Shown piece after piece: positions 23,941 to 36,410 of a stretch of DNA of 64,000 nt. Position numbers and translations under genes: made by a program. The notes below the pieces were generated by a model. That model was not told the origin of the DNA. It was given only the letters and a program-made list of their open reading frames with translations, and searched no databases. Positions within the stretch are counted from its first letter, which is position 1. Every line of letters starts with the position of its first letter. This DNA comes from Sphyrna mokarran. Lineage: Eukaryota. The stretch spans positions 68,758,001 through 68,822,000 of the forward strand of contig JAGIQG010000011.1 in NCBI GenBank assembly GCA_024679065.1, in the 5' to 3' direction.

Positions 23941-24540
23941 AATTTGGGGATTGAATTTAGGAGCCGCAGCATCATGTTGCAACTGTACAAAACTCTAGTG
24001 CGGCCGCACTTGGAGTATTGTGTGCAGTTCTGGTCCCCACATTATAAGAAAGATGTGGAGGCATTGGAGAGGGTACAGAGGAGGTTTACCAGGATGTTGC
24101 CTGGTATGGAGGGCAGGTCTTATGAAGAGAGGTTGAAGGATTTGAGGTTGTTTTCGTTAGAAAGGAGGCGGCTAAGAGGGGATCTTATTGAAGCATATAA
24201 GATGATTAGAGGTTTAGATAGGGTGGACAGTGTTAGCCTTTTTCCTAGGATGGAGAAAGCTAGCACGAGGGGACACAGCTTTAAATTAGGGGTATGAGTT
24301 ATAGGACGGATATCAGAGGTAGGTTCTTTACTCAAAGAGTGATTAGGGAGTGGAATGCCCTGCCTGCAGCTGTTGTAGATGCGCCAAGTTTGGTGGCGTT
24401 TAAGAGGTTAGTTGATAAGTATATGGAAGAGAAGGGAATGTTTAGTTTGGAGGGGCATTGCTTTTTATTTCGGTCGGCACAACATCGAAGGCCGAAGGCC
24501 TGTTCTGTGCTGTATTGTTCTATGTTCTATGTTCTATGTT
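23941..24540 (+). mobile_element. Young 5'-truncated CR1 LINE
   Basis: Near-identical to 3142-3739; (TTCTATG)n tail; CTATTG at 23935-23940 and 24541-24546. Confidence 0.95.
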
Positions 24541-24574
24541 CTATTGGTTTGCTGTGGTTTGCTGAACCTTCACC

Positions 24575-24611
24575 ACCCCCCCCCCCCCCCCCCCGCCCCC
24601 TTCCCCTCCCC
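24575..24611. repeat. Poly-C tract
   Basis: Run of about 19 C followed by short C runs. Confidence 0.9.
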
Positions 24612-24732
24612 TCATCAACAAACTCTAAAGACTTCTGATGTTTGTTTCACTTTGGGGGGAATGCAACCAGTTATGTGATTCAATTGAAATTGGATCAGTG
24701 TCTTTGGCCTGAACCTTATTACCGTTCATGTT

Positions 24733-24841
24733 GGTGGGATTTTCCCATCTTGCTGCAGTGAACGGGGATTTGGAGATGTGCCAAACTCTCCAACCTTGTT
24801 GCAGCAAGAGGGTGCCATGAATGGCAGGTAAAATCACGCCC
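24733..24841 (-). mobile_element. MITE, family B
   Basis: ggtgggattttccc ... gtaaaatcacgccc. Confidence 0.6.
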
Positions 24842-25066
24842 TTCTCAACTCCTGTTAATTACTGCTTAACATAACCGAATATTTTAATGCTGGGATGGCA
24901 TTTTAATGCATTAATTACTGGTTTACGTGCACTGTATTTTCATGAGCTTGGGGAACAAGTACTCATTGTTAATACTAACAAAACGCCTGCACTATAACAA
25001 TTAATCTTTGCATTCAGATGTGAATCGATGCTCAAACTGGCATTTACATTTCTTAATTAAATACAT

Positions 25067-26220
25067 TGGGACAATCTTACCAAAAAAAGCTAAGTCCAGG
25101 ATGGGCTTGAAACTGGGAAGTTTCTGATCTGTTTTTTTCGGTGAGCTCAAATGTGCCACATTATACACTTAGACAAAAAAAAATTTCAAAAACAGTTTCT
25201 TGCATATAAAAGGAGAGGGTGGAAGAGCTTAAACCACCCAACTGCTGGTTGAAAGCATTGTGTATGGGCAGGACTTTAGCCATGATGTGGAGATGGTGTT
25301 GTCAGAATTCTTACTGTGTCAGGACTTTAGCAGCAGAGGCCTGTCAACCAGCCTCAAAAAACAGATTTGAATATGATTTAAATAAATTATTCAGCCTTGT
25401 GCCAGAAATGAGCGCAGGATTGATTGTGTCGATTTCTGGTGTCGGTAAGATTGCGAGAGACTAGAAATTGGGCGCGAATCTGATTTCTTTGCTCTCGCGT
25501 GATCTTACTGGCTCGTCCTGCCCATTGGCCGGCTTCTTGAGGCTAACGCGTGAGCCCGTGGCCAATCATGGACCTGCTTCCCCCTGCCCGGGCCAATCCC
25601 CTCCCCACCACCGTGAACCTTCACCCAAACCCCCGGCATGATCTCTGGCCTGGTTCTGCTCTCCACCGCAATCATCAGCCCTGGTCATCCTCCTCCTTCC
25701 CCCACCAAACCCTTATGCAGGATGCACTGAAAGCCCCTTCCACTGACCTCAGTTTGGACCTGCCTCCCCAGTAGGCCCACCCCCAACCCCTATGGCCCCA
25801 CTCCTGGTGCCCAGAGGGCAGTGCCAATGTGTCCAATAGACAGTGTCATGATGTCAGGTAGGCAGTGCCAGAATGTCAGACTGGTACTGCCAGGCTTGCA
25901 CCATCCAAGCGGCACCTTTCCTTGCCCCCAGCATCTCCAGTGGGGGGAAGGAGGGGCACCTCAATGGCCTCTGGTTCTACATAACAAGTTTGAAGATGAT
26001 TTAAATAAATTATCCAGCCTTGTACCAGAAATGAGTGCGAGGCTAATTGCACTGATATATGGTTCAGTAAGACCGCGAGAGGGAAGAAATCAGACAGACT
26101 ATGAGGTCGAGCACAGCTGGAAAATCCTGTCCAGTGTCCTACCCAGGTATTCTCCCCGGCTGTATCAGTCGTATCAGTAAGATCACAAATCTGACTTCTC
26201 CACTCTTGCCCTGCCCATTG
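25067..26220 (+). mobile_element. Large GC-rich non-autonomous DNA element(s), probably nested
   Basis: Start gggacaatcttaccaaaaaaagctaagt is related to 14077 and 37878; internal 100-bp direct repeat. Confidence 0.55.
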
Positions 26221-27069
26221 GCCAGTGGGACACAAAGATATGATCTCCCCCCTTGTATACTGTATTTTTATATGTCAAAATCACATTCAGTACCTTCTCA
26301 GTGCTGGCAACACAAAACAGAATTAGTGAAAAGAAATAGAATTACTTAAGATTTCAAAATTCAATTCTGTTTACTTGCAATTATTAATGTATTTTTCTAG
26401 AACCTTAATTCACTTTGCTCAGTTGCAAACTCTGATACACCTGCCATTTTTTCAAAACTACAATTCAAGGCAGAAATACTACTGATCACATATTTTCCAG
26501 TCATGATGTGATCACAACATTTTTGAAATAAGTAAGAATTTTCCAATAATCTCGTTATTTCGGTGATGAAATCATTGTTCAGCATTCAAAGGATTAATGG
26601 CATCTTTTCTCCAACAAAATGCAATTTATTTTAGAAATAGGATCCTAATATGGATCAGCACTCTGGTGAGTTACTGCTGTTGCTCTTGGCATGTTAAGCA
26701 TTTTTTGTGGTCATGTTGTGTGGATAGCATTCAAATGTGCTGATCAGTCCATGCAGGTTTGAATGCATTCTGTTACACTGGAGGAGTTAGCTGGCTGAAA
26801 GTATGGCTGTAATCAGGTATTAAAGAGCAAAAAGGTTGTATTCTAGCAAGAAAAAATCAATCTGCTTTGGATAAGCAAGAAGGAATGCTCAATTGAGTAT
26901 TCTAAATACAACTGACCACAAGCATCAATGCACAAGCTTGATCTCCTCAGGGAACATGAACAAAACATTGTCACGCTTTTTCACTTGGTGCAAATGGACT
27001 GCATTTCAATGTATGATGTGGAAAATACAACTTAAAACACAGCTACTGGAAAGATCTCTTGACAAGGGC

Positions 27070-27500
27070 AACAACATGGCATAGTCATTAGTACAGCTGC
27101 CTCCCAGCATCAGGGACCAAGGCACAATTCCAGCTTTGAGCCACTGCTTGTGTGGTGTTTGCACCTTCTCTTCAAATCTGCATGAGTTTCCTCTGGCTGC
27201 CATAATTCTAAGAAGTGCAGGATTGGTCATGCTCAATTAGCATCCAAAGATGTGTATGTGAGGGGGATTATTGGGGTAAATATGTAGCGTTATGAGGATA
27301 GGTGAAAGGAGAAGATTTTCCGGCTGCACTCGTCCCCAAAACAAAAAATCCTGCCCGATGTCAATAGACCTTTCCATAGTCTGCCCCTCGCCTGTTCTAA
27401 TTCCCGTGTAGACAGAATGGGAAAATTCATCCCTCTCTCCCAGAGAGTCAGTGCAGACTGGATGGGCCAAATGGTCTCCCTCTGCATTGTAGGATTTCTA
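27070..27500 (+). mobile_element. Decayed V-SINE interrupted by a family A MITE (27308-27433)
   Basis: Head, V domain and tail gggccaaatggtctccctctgcattgtagg are split by a TIR element. Confidence 0.75.
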
Positions 27501-28449
27501 CAATGAACCAAAATAAGACAGCGACAAAATAAAATTCAATTACTTCAGTCGCTTCTATTACATTATTTTCCCCTTCCCTAATCATTACTGACCTTGTCAG
27601 AAATAAGCTATTTACTGATTTGACCTGATTCCAAAATGAGCCAGATGACTGAAAATTGTTAATTGATTGACTGGCATTGTTAAAATTGATGGACTTGCAA
27701 TTATTGCACATAAACTTGGGAAAGAATGAACTTTTCGTAATGAAACAGATATGGAAGAGATACAGATGTGATAGTGGTCAAATCAAATTGGACTCGAAAG
27801 TGTATTGTCCAGGAAATGAGGGTCAGAGTTTCAGGAGTTGAAAATACACACTGCAGATTGCCCAGCTCCATTAATCAAAAATGGTGACACTCTAGAATTA
27901 GCACAAATGCTGCACTGCTTTTCATTATTATTTTATTGAATTGTGTGAACTCGTTCTCTAGGCTTTTCGGTTATGTTTTTCCATTTATGTTCTCTAGCTG
28001 CACAGTCGCCTCGAATCTTGACAAACATAATGAAGGTCAAGGGTTACGTTTCATTTGGTTGATAACATGTGCAAAAAGGTGACTCTGCAAGTTATGTTGA
28101 AAGTTTAGTTTGCCAAATTATACAATTAAGGTAGCTTCAGTCGCTGTCAGCGACTGATTGGCTTTTGCAAATAATGAAAAAAAACACTTAATCTGGTTAT
28201 TGAAAAGTTCAAGCAATGAAAAAAGAATCAATCAGATCCAAAAGGAAACCCCTACTGCGAGTTTCCTCGTGATGTAATGTGCAGTCAATGGGAAATCCTA
28301 TTAATAACAACGGGATTACACCATCCCGGTGCTGGTGAATGGAACGTCACCTCCTGGCACAAGAAACACAATGCGGGGAGGCCAGAGAGTCAACACCACC
28401 ATTACCCCACACCCCCACTCTCCACCCCCTACCCCACATCCCACCTGCT

Positions 28450-28815
28450 ACCCATGAATTTTCAGATAAGATGCCACACAAGAGGTTGCAATGAAATATT
28501 TGGGCTCACAGGGTTGAGGATAATACACTAGGACAGATTAATGAACAGAAAAAAAAATGACATTTTGAGATGGGAGGATGTATGCTCTAGAGTTTAGCAG
28601 GATGAGAGGCAATCTCATTAGAACATATAAAATTCTTAGAAAGCATGACAGATCTATTTACAGGCTGTTTGACCTGGCTGAGGAACATTGAACTGGGAGG
28701 TCATAGGCTCAGGATGAAGGACGGTATTGTTTGGAGGGGGGTAACCAATTAGAATAAAAATGAGATAATTTCTTCACTTAGAAGTGCTGTCAATTATTGG
28801 AATTCTTTATCACAG
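28450..28815 (+). mobile_element. Old CR1 fragments
   Basis: DKMPHKRL and RMRGNLIRTYKIL remnants. Confidence 0.55.
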
Positions 28816-28819
28816 TGGA

Positions 28820-29590
28820 TATCTGCCCTTTTTGCAATCTCGTGGATTCGTGGACCATGTCTACATTACATGTTTTAGGCTGCATTTCCTCTTCATTCAT
28901 TGAAAAATCTTATACCAATGTTTTACATAGAACATAGAACAGTACAGCACAGTACAGGCCTTTTGGCCCTTGATGTTGTGCCAAGCTTTGTCTGAAACCA
29001 AGATCAGCTGTCCCATTTCCCATCATTCTGGTGCGCTCCATGCGCCTATCCAATAACCGCTTGAAAGTTCCTAAAGTGTCCTACTCCACTATCACAGCAG
29101 GCAGTCTATTCCACTCCCCAAGTACTCTCTGAGTAAAAAGTATATCTTGGACATCCCTCCTATATCTCCAACCATGAACCTTATAGTTATGCTCCCGACT
29201 AACAGTTTGTACTTCAGTCCCACCTTCCTGATCTATGGGCATTTGGTGCGGAGCTGAGGTAGGAAGGGTTGGGGGTGATTGCAGAAAAGGAGAATCTTCT
29301 TGAGAACATGCTCCTGGGCCTAGCTAAATGTGCAACAAAATGTTCAGGCAGTTGGTCATTGAAGAGGTTGTATGACCTAACAGCCACTCTACCACAGCTA
29401 TATTCATTGATGGGTGTTCCTGGAGAAGGAGAAATAGTGTTTGCAGACACCATCAAGGCCTTCCACGCTCATTGGGCACTGCAGAAACTGGGGTGTATTA
29501 TTGACTCCTTTACTCACATTTTGGTTGGCGTTTTAAGTTTCTCTTCTGCTTTGTTTTTTGTATCAGATGTTCCCTCCTTGCTTTAGCTCT
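28820..29590 (+). pseudogene. Tx1/L1-clade LINE ORF2 C-terminus (zinc knuckle), interrupted by CR1
   Basis: CPFCNL..DHVYITCFRL (28823-28885), then SPTFLIYGH...ENLLENMLLGLAKCA...FHAHWA...CIID. Confidence 0.7.
28926..29205 (-). mobile_element. CR1 3' end
   Basis: acatagaacatagaacagtacagcacagtacaggcc tail. Confidence 0.88.
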
Positions 29591-30023
29591 TAGTTAGTTT
29601 GCTTTAGCTTAATTATTCTACCCAAAAGAAAGAGGGCGAGTGGATGTTCAGTCAACAAGTATTTCCAAGATGAAGAGGTCATTTTTTTTCAGATGCCAAG
29701 GAAATGAATGGATAAGGGAACATGATTAGATAAGTGAAAGCTGTGGAGAATATGGACCACAAATACAGGAATAAATGCAAGAGGTTCAGAATGGGGAGCT
29801 AAAGAAACCTATCTGTACATATTTGTCAGGCTATGGAATTCATTTGCCAGTATTGGTGGCTGGCATGAAAACTGTCGTTATTCGGAACTCTGTTGGAATA
29901 GGCCATAAAGACCAAGAAACATCACTGAGATTATTTGTTTGCATGGAGGATAACTTCCAAAATAGCCTGTTGTAAACTTCTAGACTTGGAAGCAAAGAGA
30001 GCTGTTTCAATGGTGCCAAAAGT

Positions 30024-30745
30024 ATAGAACACAGAACATAGAACATTACAGCGCAGTACAGGCCCTTCGGCCCTCGATGTTGCGCCGGCCAGTGGACCCT
30101 CTAACCTAAACTATTCCAATATCATCCATATGCCTATCCACCGAACATTTGAATGCCCCCAAAGTAGGCAAGTCCACAACTGCTGCAGGCAGGGCATTCC
30201 ACGCCCTCACCACCCTCTGTGTGAAGAACCTGCCTCTGACATCCGTCCTATAACTACCACCTCTTAATTTAAAGTTATGTCCCCTCGTGTTGGTCATCAC
30301 CATCCGAGGAAAAAGGCTCTCACTATCCACTATCCAATCCCTTGATCATCTTATACGCCTCAATTAGGTCACCACGTAACCTTCTTCTCTCTAATGAAAA
30401 TAACCTCAGGTCCCTCAGCCTTTTCTCATAAGGCCTTCCCACCATACCAGGCAACATCCTGGTAAACCTCCTCTGCACCCTTTCCAATGCTTCCACATCT
30501 TTCTTATAATGCGGCGACCAGAACTGTACGCAATACTCCAAGTGCGGCCGCACCAGAGTTTTGTACAGTTGTAACATAACCTCACGGCTCCTAAATTCAA
30601 TCCCTCTACCAATAAAAGCTAACACACCGTACGCCTTCTTAACAACTTTATCAACCTGGGTGCCAACTTTCAAAGAGCTATGTACTTGTACCCCAAGATC
30701 CCTCTGCTCGACAACACTATTAAGGGTCCTCCCATTAGCCCTATG
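30024..30745 (-). mobile_element. Young 5'-truncated CR1 LINE
   Basis: ORFs 30323-30751 and 30106-30330; (CATAGAA)n tail on +; CpGs retained. Confidence 0.95.
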
Positions 30746-31532
30746 AAGCAAGAATCTGCTTCATCCTAAATACTACAACAAGAACATTAATATCTCATCA
30801 TGTCCAAAATAAGGAAATGTTGCTGTTTTTTGGCAATTGCCTCTTGGGGTAAAGTTCCTCCTATCAATGATTATTAAAATATTAGCAGGAGGAAGTTTTG
30901 CCCCAAATTACCCAACTGCATATTCCAATAAATATGTCATATCAAAATGCCTTAATACTTACCCATAATAGCCAGGGCTGTTGCTTTGGTTAAGTATTGT
31001 GCCATTGAGCTGATCAGTTCTAAATTGCCACCTTCCAGGTTACATCTACTGATGATTCCAGTTCCAGAATTAATCCAATACAACTTGTTTTCAGCATAAT
31101 CCATTGAAAGGCCTGTGAGTAAATAACAACATGTTTATTTAAATCATGCACATTTTCAGAGAAACATCATTTGAGGGCAATGCTTTTTTAAAAAATGAAA
31201 TACGTGTTGTGAATCTGAGATAAAAATCCAAAAATAATTGCATCACTGCAGTTCCTTCAAACCTTCAAATATGGAGTTCTTTCTGTCACAAGTAATGGTT
31301 CTGAAACTTTTGGAGCAGTTTAAGTAAATATGCTTTTAAATAATTCAACACCAATGAATTGTTTGCCAAAAGAGCAAACACATTGGCACATATTATGAAG
31401 GCTAAAATTCTAGCTGAGTCGTTGAAGCGGAAGATGATATAACCATTTACTCTTGAATGAAGCTAAAGTGACATATTAATCTGCTACTCTTAAACATCAG
31501 TCCTGATAGAAAAGCCATTGAACTGAAATATT

Positions 31533-31667
31533 GGATAGGATTTTCTGGCCACACACGCCCCAAGACTGGAAATGCCTACCCGAGGTCAATGAATCTTTAA
31601 AATCCACTACATTTTCTTTCCTGCCTGTTACAACTCCCACAGTGAGCAGAACCAGAAAATCTCATCC
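31533..31667 (+). mobile_element. MITE, family A
   Basis: ggataggattttctgg ... ccagaaaatctcatcc; cccgaggtcaatg core. Confidence 0.7.
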
Positions 31668-32664
31668 ATTAACTCTGCTTCTCTCTTCACAGAGAGTGCC
31701 TGACTTGCTGAGTACTTCCAGCATTTCTTTCTATTTATTTCAGGTTCCCACATCCACAGTTTTCTCCTTTACACTTAACGTTTGCCGTTTTGACAAAAGC
31801 CTTGTGCGACAGTGGTGGTTAATAGCTTAATACACTTGTTGAAATTCCTTCTTTTCATTATTTTGATGGAAATGTTAACTGCATCTAATAATTTAAATAA
31901 TAACTGGTTAATGTCTTCCCTAAATTAATAGAAACAGAAATATCAAATAAAAAAGTTAAGAATTCATATATTCTGGTTGTAATCATTGGATAGTAAATAT
32001 CTGTGCCACTGGACATGTTGCTCTCAGTGCTGTCCATGTAAGACAGAATAACACTTTGCTTGGCATAACACAATTCCTCTGAGTGACAATTACCATCAGA
32101 TTGCCTTTCTGCTTCTTTTTTTACACTAAGATGGATTTCAGCCCAGATTTAATTCCAAATCCGATTTCTTCATAAAAGTGGAATATACCCAGGAACCTTA
32201 CTTTGTAGCGCAGAATCACTGGGAGAAGTTGAGACATACCACCTCTTTAACAGCACTGGCTACTGTATTTTGGTCAGTTTTCAACACAGTGAAATGATTT
32301 GGGACATTTACATCATTTTTAATGGTTAGAGAATAAGTGTGAATGAGGTAAGTAGGTAGAATGGCAGGGTGGGCAGGGAGGCAGGGCAATAAGTTGCAGT
32401 GTGAGCAAGTTGGAAGGTTTAATAGGCAGGTAAGCTTGGGTCAGGTTGGGCCACAGGGAGATGGGTATTCGCGGGTTGGAGGGGAGTTGAGGGGTTGCGG
32501 TGAATTTGAAGGATCAGGGATGTTTGGAGTGCAGTTTGAAGGGTCAGAAAGGAAAGTCAGGCTGGGGTAAGGGGGTGTGGGAGGGTTGGAGGGCTGGTAA
32601 GTACAGAGTCGGTTGTGTGGTTGCCAAAGAGTTAAATATGTTTCCTCCTTGTTTAATATTTTAA

Positions 32665-33826
32665 ACATCGAACATAGAACACTACAGCACAAACAGGCCC
32701 TTCGGTCCACAAGTTGTGCCGATCATATCCATACCTACCAGGCCTATCAATAACTCTCAAACCCATTAAATCCCATGTACTCATTCAGAAGTCTCTTAAA
32801 AGACCCCAGTGAGTCTGTTTCTATCACCACCGACAGCAGCCGATTCCACTCAATCATCACCCTCTGAGTGAAAAACTTACCTCTGACATCTCCTCTGTAC
32901 CTGCTCGCCAGCACCTTAAACCTGTGTCCTCTTGTAGCAACCATTTCAGCCCTGGGAAATAGCCTCTGAGAATCCACCCTATCTATACCTCTCAACATTT
33001 TATAAACTTCTATCAGGATGCCTCTCAATCTTTGTCTCTCCAGGGAGAAGAGACCCAGCTCCCTCAACCTATCCTCATAAGGCATGCCTCCCAATCCAGG
33101 CAATGTTCTTGTAAATCTCCTCTGCACCCTCTCAATAGCTTCCAGATCCTTCTTGTAGTGAGGCAATCAGAACTGCACATAGTACTCCAAGTGGGGTTTG
33201 ACAAAGGTCTTATAAAATTGCAGCATTACCTCCTGACTCCTAAACTCAATCCCTCGATTAATGAAGGCTAGCACACCATACGCCTTGTTGATCACATCCT
33301 CCACCTGCAAGGCTGATTTAAGAGTCTTATTGACCCGGAACCCAAGGTCCTTCTGCTCCTCAAAACTGCTAAGAGTCCTACCCTTGATATTGTACTCCTT
33401 CATGCACTACACACGGACCACTACACATTTATCCACCTTGAAGTCCATCTGCCACTTCTCCGCCCAGTCTTGCATCCTATCTCTGTCTCGCTGCAACTTC
33501 TGACAACCTTCCAGACTATCCATAACACCACCAACTTTCGTGTCATCGGCAAACTTACTAACCCATTCCACCACTTCCCCATCCAGGTCATTTATGAAAA
33601 TGACAAACAGCAACGGTGCACTCCACTAGTGACCGACCTCCATGCAGAAAAAGATCCATCCACAACCACTCTCTCCTTCTGCAGGCAAGCCAGTTCTGGA
33701 TCCACAATGTAACAGCCCCTTGGATCTCATGCCCTCTCACCTTTTCAAGAAGTCTTGCATGGGGGATCTTATCCAATGCCTTGCTGAAGTTTTGCATGGG
33801 AGACCTTATCAAACGCCTTATCAAAC
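32665..33826 (-). mobile_element. 5'-truncated CR1 LINE, distinct subfamily
   Basis: [30 protein letters not shown] and LERQRLRG in ORFs 32747-33824, with stops. Confidence 0.93.
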
Positions 33827-34254
33827 TAGACAGGTAAGTAAGTCAGAGCCCTCTGACGCCTTTGGAGCATTTTTTAGAAGGCACCAGGTGAAATGGAGTT
33901 GCCCATTTGATGTCAAAACTTCCCAGCACAAATTCTACGGAGTCCTCGTGTTGGGACTTCCAAGGTATCTTGAAATGCATCTTCCAGGGCACATAAAAAT
34001 TCCAATCTTCTTCAGACCAAAACATCTGGGCCAATATTTCACAAGATCAAACAGTGATATTATGGGAATCTTAGAAGTTCAATGATTTGAATTCACATCA
34101 TGTGAAGTTTGACCTTTAAATTTCCCAGAGCCACTTTATCTTACAGTCGACATTTATTAGAAAGCCTCAGAATATATTTGAAGGAAAAGTTGAATTACTA
34201 CAGAATGTTTTGTACTTGTCCTTCAAAATTGCAACAGAAATGTGAACAAATAAT

Positions 34255-34630
34255 GGGACGCAATGGCATACTGGTATTATCGCCAGATGATTATGCCAGA
34301 AACTCAGTAAATGTACTGGGAACATGGGTTCTTATCCCACCATGCTAGATGGTGGAATTTGAATTAAATTAAAAATAAACTCTAGAATTAAAAATCTTCT
34401 GATGACTATGAAACCATTGTCAATTGTCAGAAAAATCCATCAAGTTCTCATACGTCCATTAGGGAAGGAAATCTACCATCCTTACCTGGTCTGACCTACA
34501 CGTGACTCTAGAGCCACAGCAATGTGGTTGACTCCCAAGCACCTTCTAACAAGGGCAACTAGGGAAATTAATTTATTGGGAAATCAATGCCTATCAGCCA
34601 GTGACACACATGTCTTATGAATGAATAAAA
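34255..34630 (+). mobile_element. Non-V tRNA-headed SINE with the second LINE family's 3' tail
   Basis: A box tggcatactgg, B-box-like ggttcttatcc, body agggaaggaaatctaccatccttacctggtctg, tail aagggcaactaggga...atgaatgaataaaa. Confidence 0.75.
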
Positions 34631-34719
34631 ACAAAAATCCAAAGGAACATAAGAGTTGCAAAATGAGAAAAAATCATAAATAATCTGATTTATCTTTTCC
34701 CATAATGTTTTTTTTTTCT

Positions 34720-35081
34720 TTATTTTTTCATGGGATGTAGGCATCTCTGGCAAGGCCAACATTTTTTGCCCACCCTCTAATTGCCCTTGAACTACATGGC
34801 TTACTGGGCATTTCAAAGTGCAAGTAGGAGTTAACCACATTGTTATAGGTCAGGAGCAACATAAACCAACCAACTAAGGACTGAAGATTTATTTTCCTAA
34901 AAGATATTTATGAACTAAATGAATTATTTAACAATCACTGATGGTTGCCACGGTCACTGTTGTTGAGACTAGCTCTTTGTGTGAGCTGATATGGTGGGAT
35001 TTGAATCCATATCTCCAGAGCATTAAACTGGGCCTCTGGTTAACTAATACAGCGACATTACCACTATGCTACCATGTTCCC
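34720..35081 (-). mobile_element. Same non-V SINE family, opposite orientation
   Basis: Reverse-complement homology to 34255-34630 (head at 35081, tail at 34720). Confidence 0.7.
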
Positions 35082-35967
35082 AGATGATTTAAAAGATAAC
35101 GATTTGTTGGCGAACTATTGCAATTAATCTTTGTTAATTCATCTGCAGGACACCTAAAAACATGAGGGAAGTCCCTGTGATGGAGAGCTTTTGGAAATCT
35201 AGATCCAAAGTCACATTTTTTCCTCCCAAACTATTAAATTTGGCCACATCGCAAACTCAAACTGGGGACATGACATGGAGTCTACCCCAAAAGTTCTGTT
35301 TTCAGGTGAAATATTTAAATAGCTTGCAAAATCATCTAACAATTTCTTCCTTCAGAAATATGGTAAATTCTATAAATATTATTTCAGAAAACAACTCCTA
35401 ACCCATCACAATTAATTTTGAATTCAAATATAAATCATGAATAAATATCCCATATGTACTATTTGTATTCAAAAAAATGAATTTCCAAAGTTATACATGT
35501 TATCATATACGTGATTTTTTTTTCCAAAATCAAACAGGATTAATGTTTAATTTCTTAAATTTTAGAATCAGATTTCTTCTGGTTGATAGCTTTAGAGAAT
35601 TGATTGATTTTAGAAAAGTTAACTCAGGGAAAAAGGTTTATTTTTCTATGCACGGGAGGAATTGAAAAGTTAATGGCACAAAACAAAAGATTAATGGGGC
35701 AGAATTTGCTGAATATCGTGGTGTGCAAATAACATATGCCATTAGTAATGTGCAAATCAGCCAGCAACTTCTGGTCAGAGATACCCCATTAACTGTGAAC
35801 CATGAAAGATCTCTGCCTGATTGTTCTGCTCTGCTTTAAGCTTCAAAAAAACTTCATCACGTGCTTAATGTCCCAGCAATTTTCAAGAGATTGCAGAATT
35901 AGTGCAGAAATGAGCCAGTAAACTTGTCACAGAAAGTTAAATGGAAGAATCAATTCCATTTGTATTG

Positions 35968-36410
35968 GGGGTGGTGTGGCACCATGGTTAACACTGCTGC
36001 CACAGTGCCAGAGACCCAGGTTCAATTCCTGGCTTGGGTCACTGTCTGCGTGAAGTTTGCACGTTATGACATAGAACATAGAACAGTAGAGCACAGTACA
36101 GGTTCTTTGGCCCTCGATGTTGTGCGAAACTATGTCCGAACCCAAGATCAAGCTATCCTACTCCCTATCATTCGGATGTGTTCCATGTGCCTATCCTGTG
36201 TCTGCGTGGGTTTCCTTCAGATGCTCCAGTTTCCGCCCACACACCAAAGATGTGCAGGTTGGGCTGATTGGCCATGCTGGAATGAAACTGGTGTCAGGGG
36301 GATTGGTAGGGGAAATGTGTGGGTTATGGGAAAAGAGCCTAGGTGGGATTGTGATTGGTGCAGACTATATGGGCTGAATGGCCTGCTTCTGCACTGTAGG
36401 ATTCTATGAT
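35968..36410 (+). mobile_element. HE1/V-SINE interrupted by a minus-strand CR1 3' end (36068-36195)
   Basis: V domain split at gtttgcacgtt|...|cctgtgtctgcgtggg by acatagaacatagaacag... Confidence 0.88.

Noticed and set aside
23815-24297. 160-aa ORF as a host-TE fusion protein
   Set aside because: Chance read-through from flank into a truncated CR1; non-ATG start and no expression evidence.
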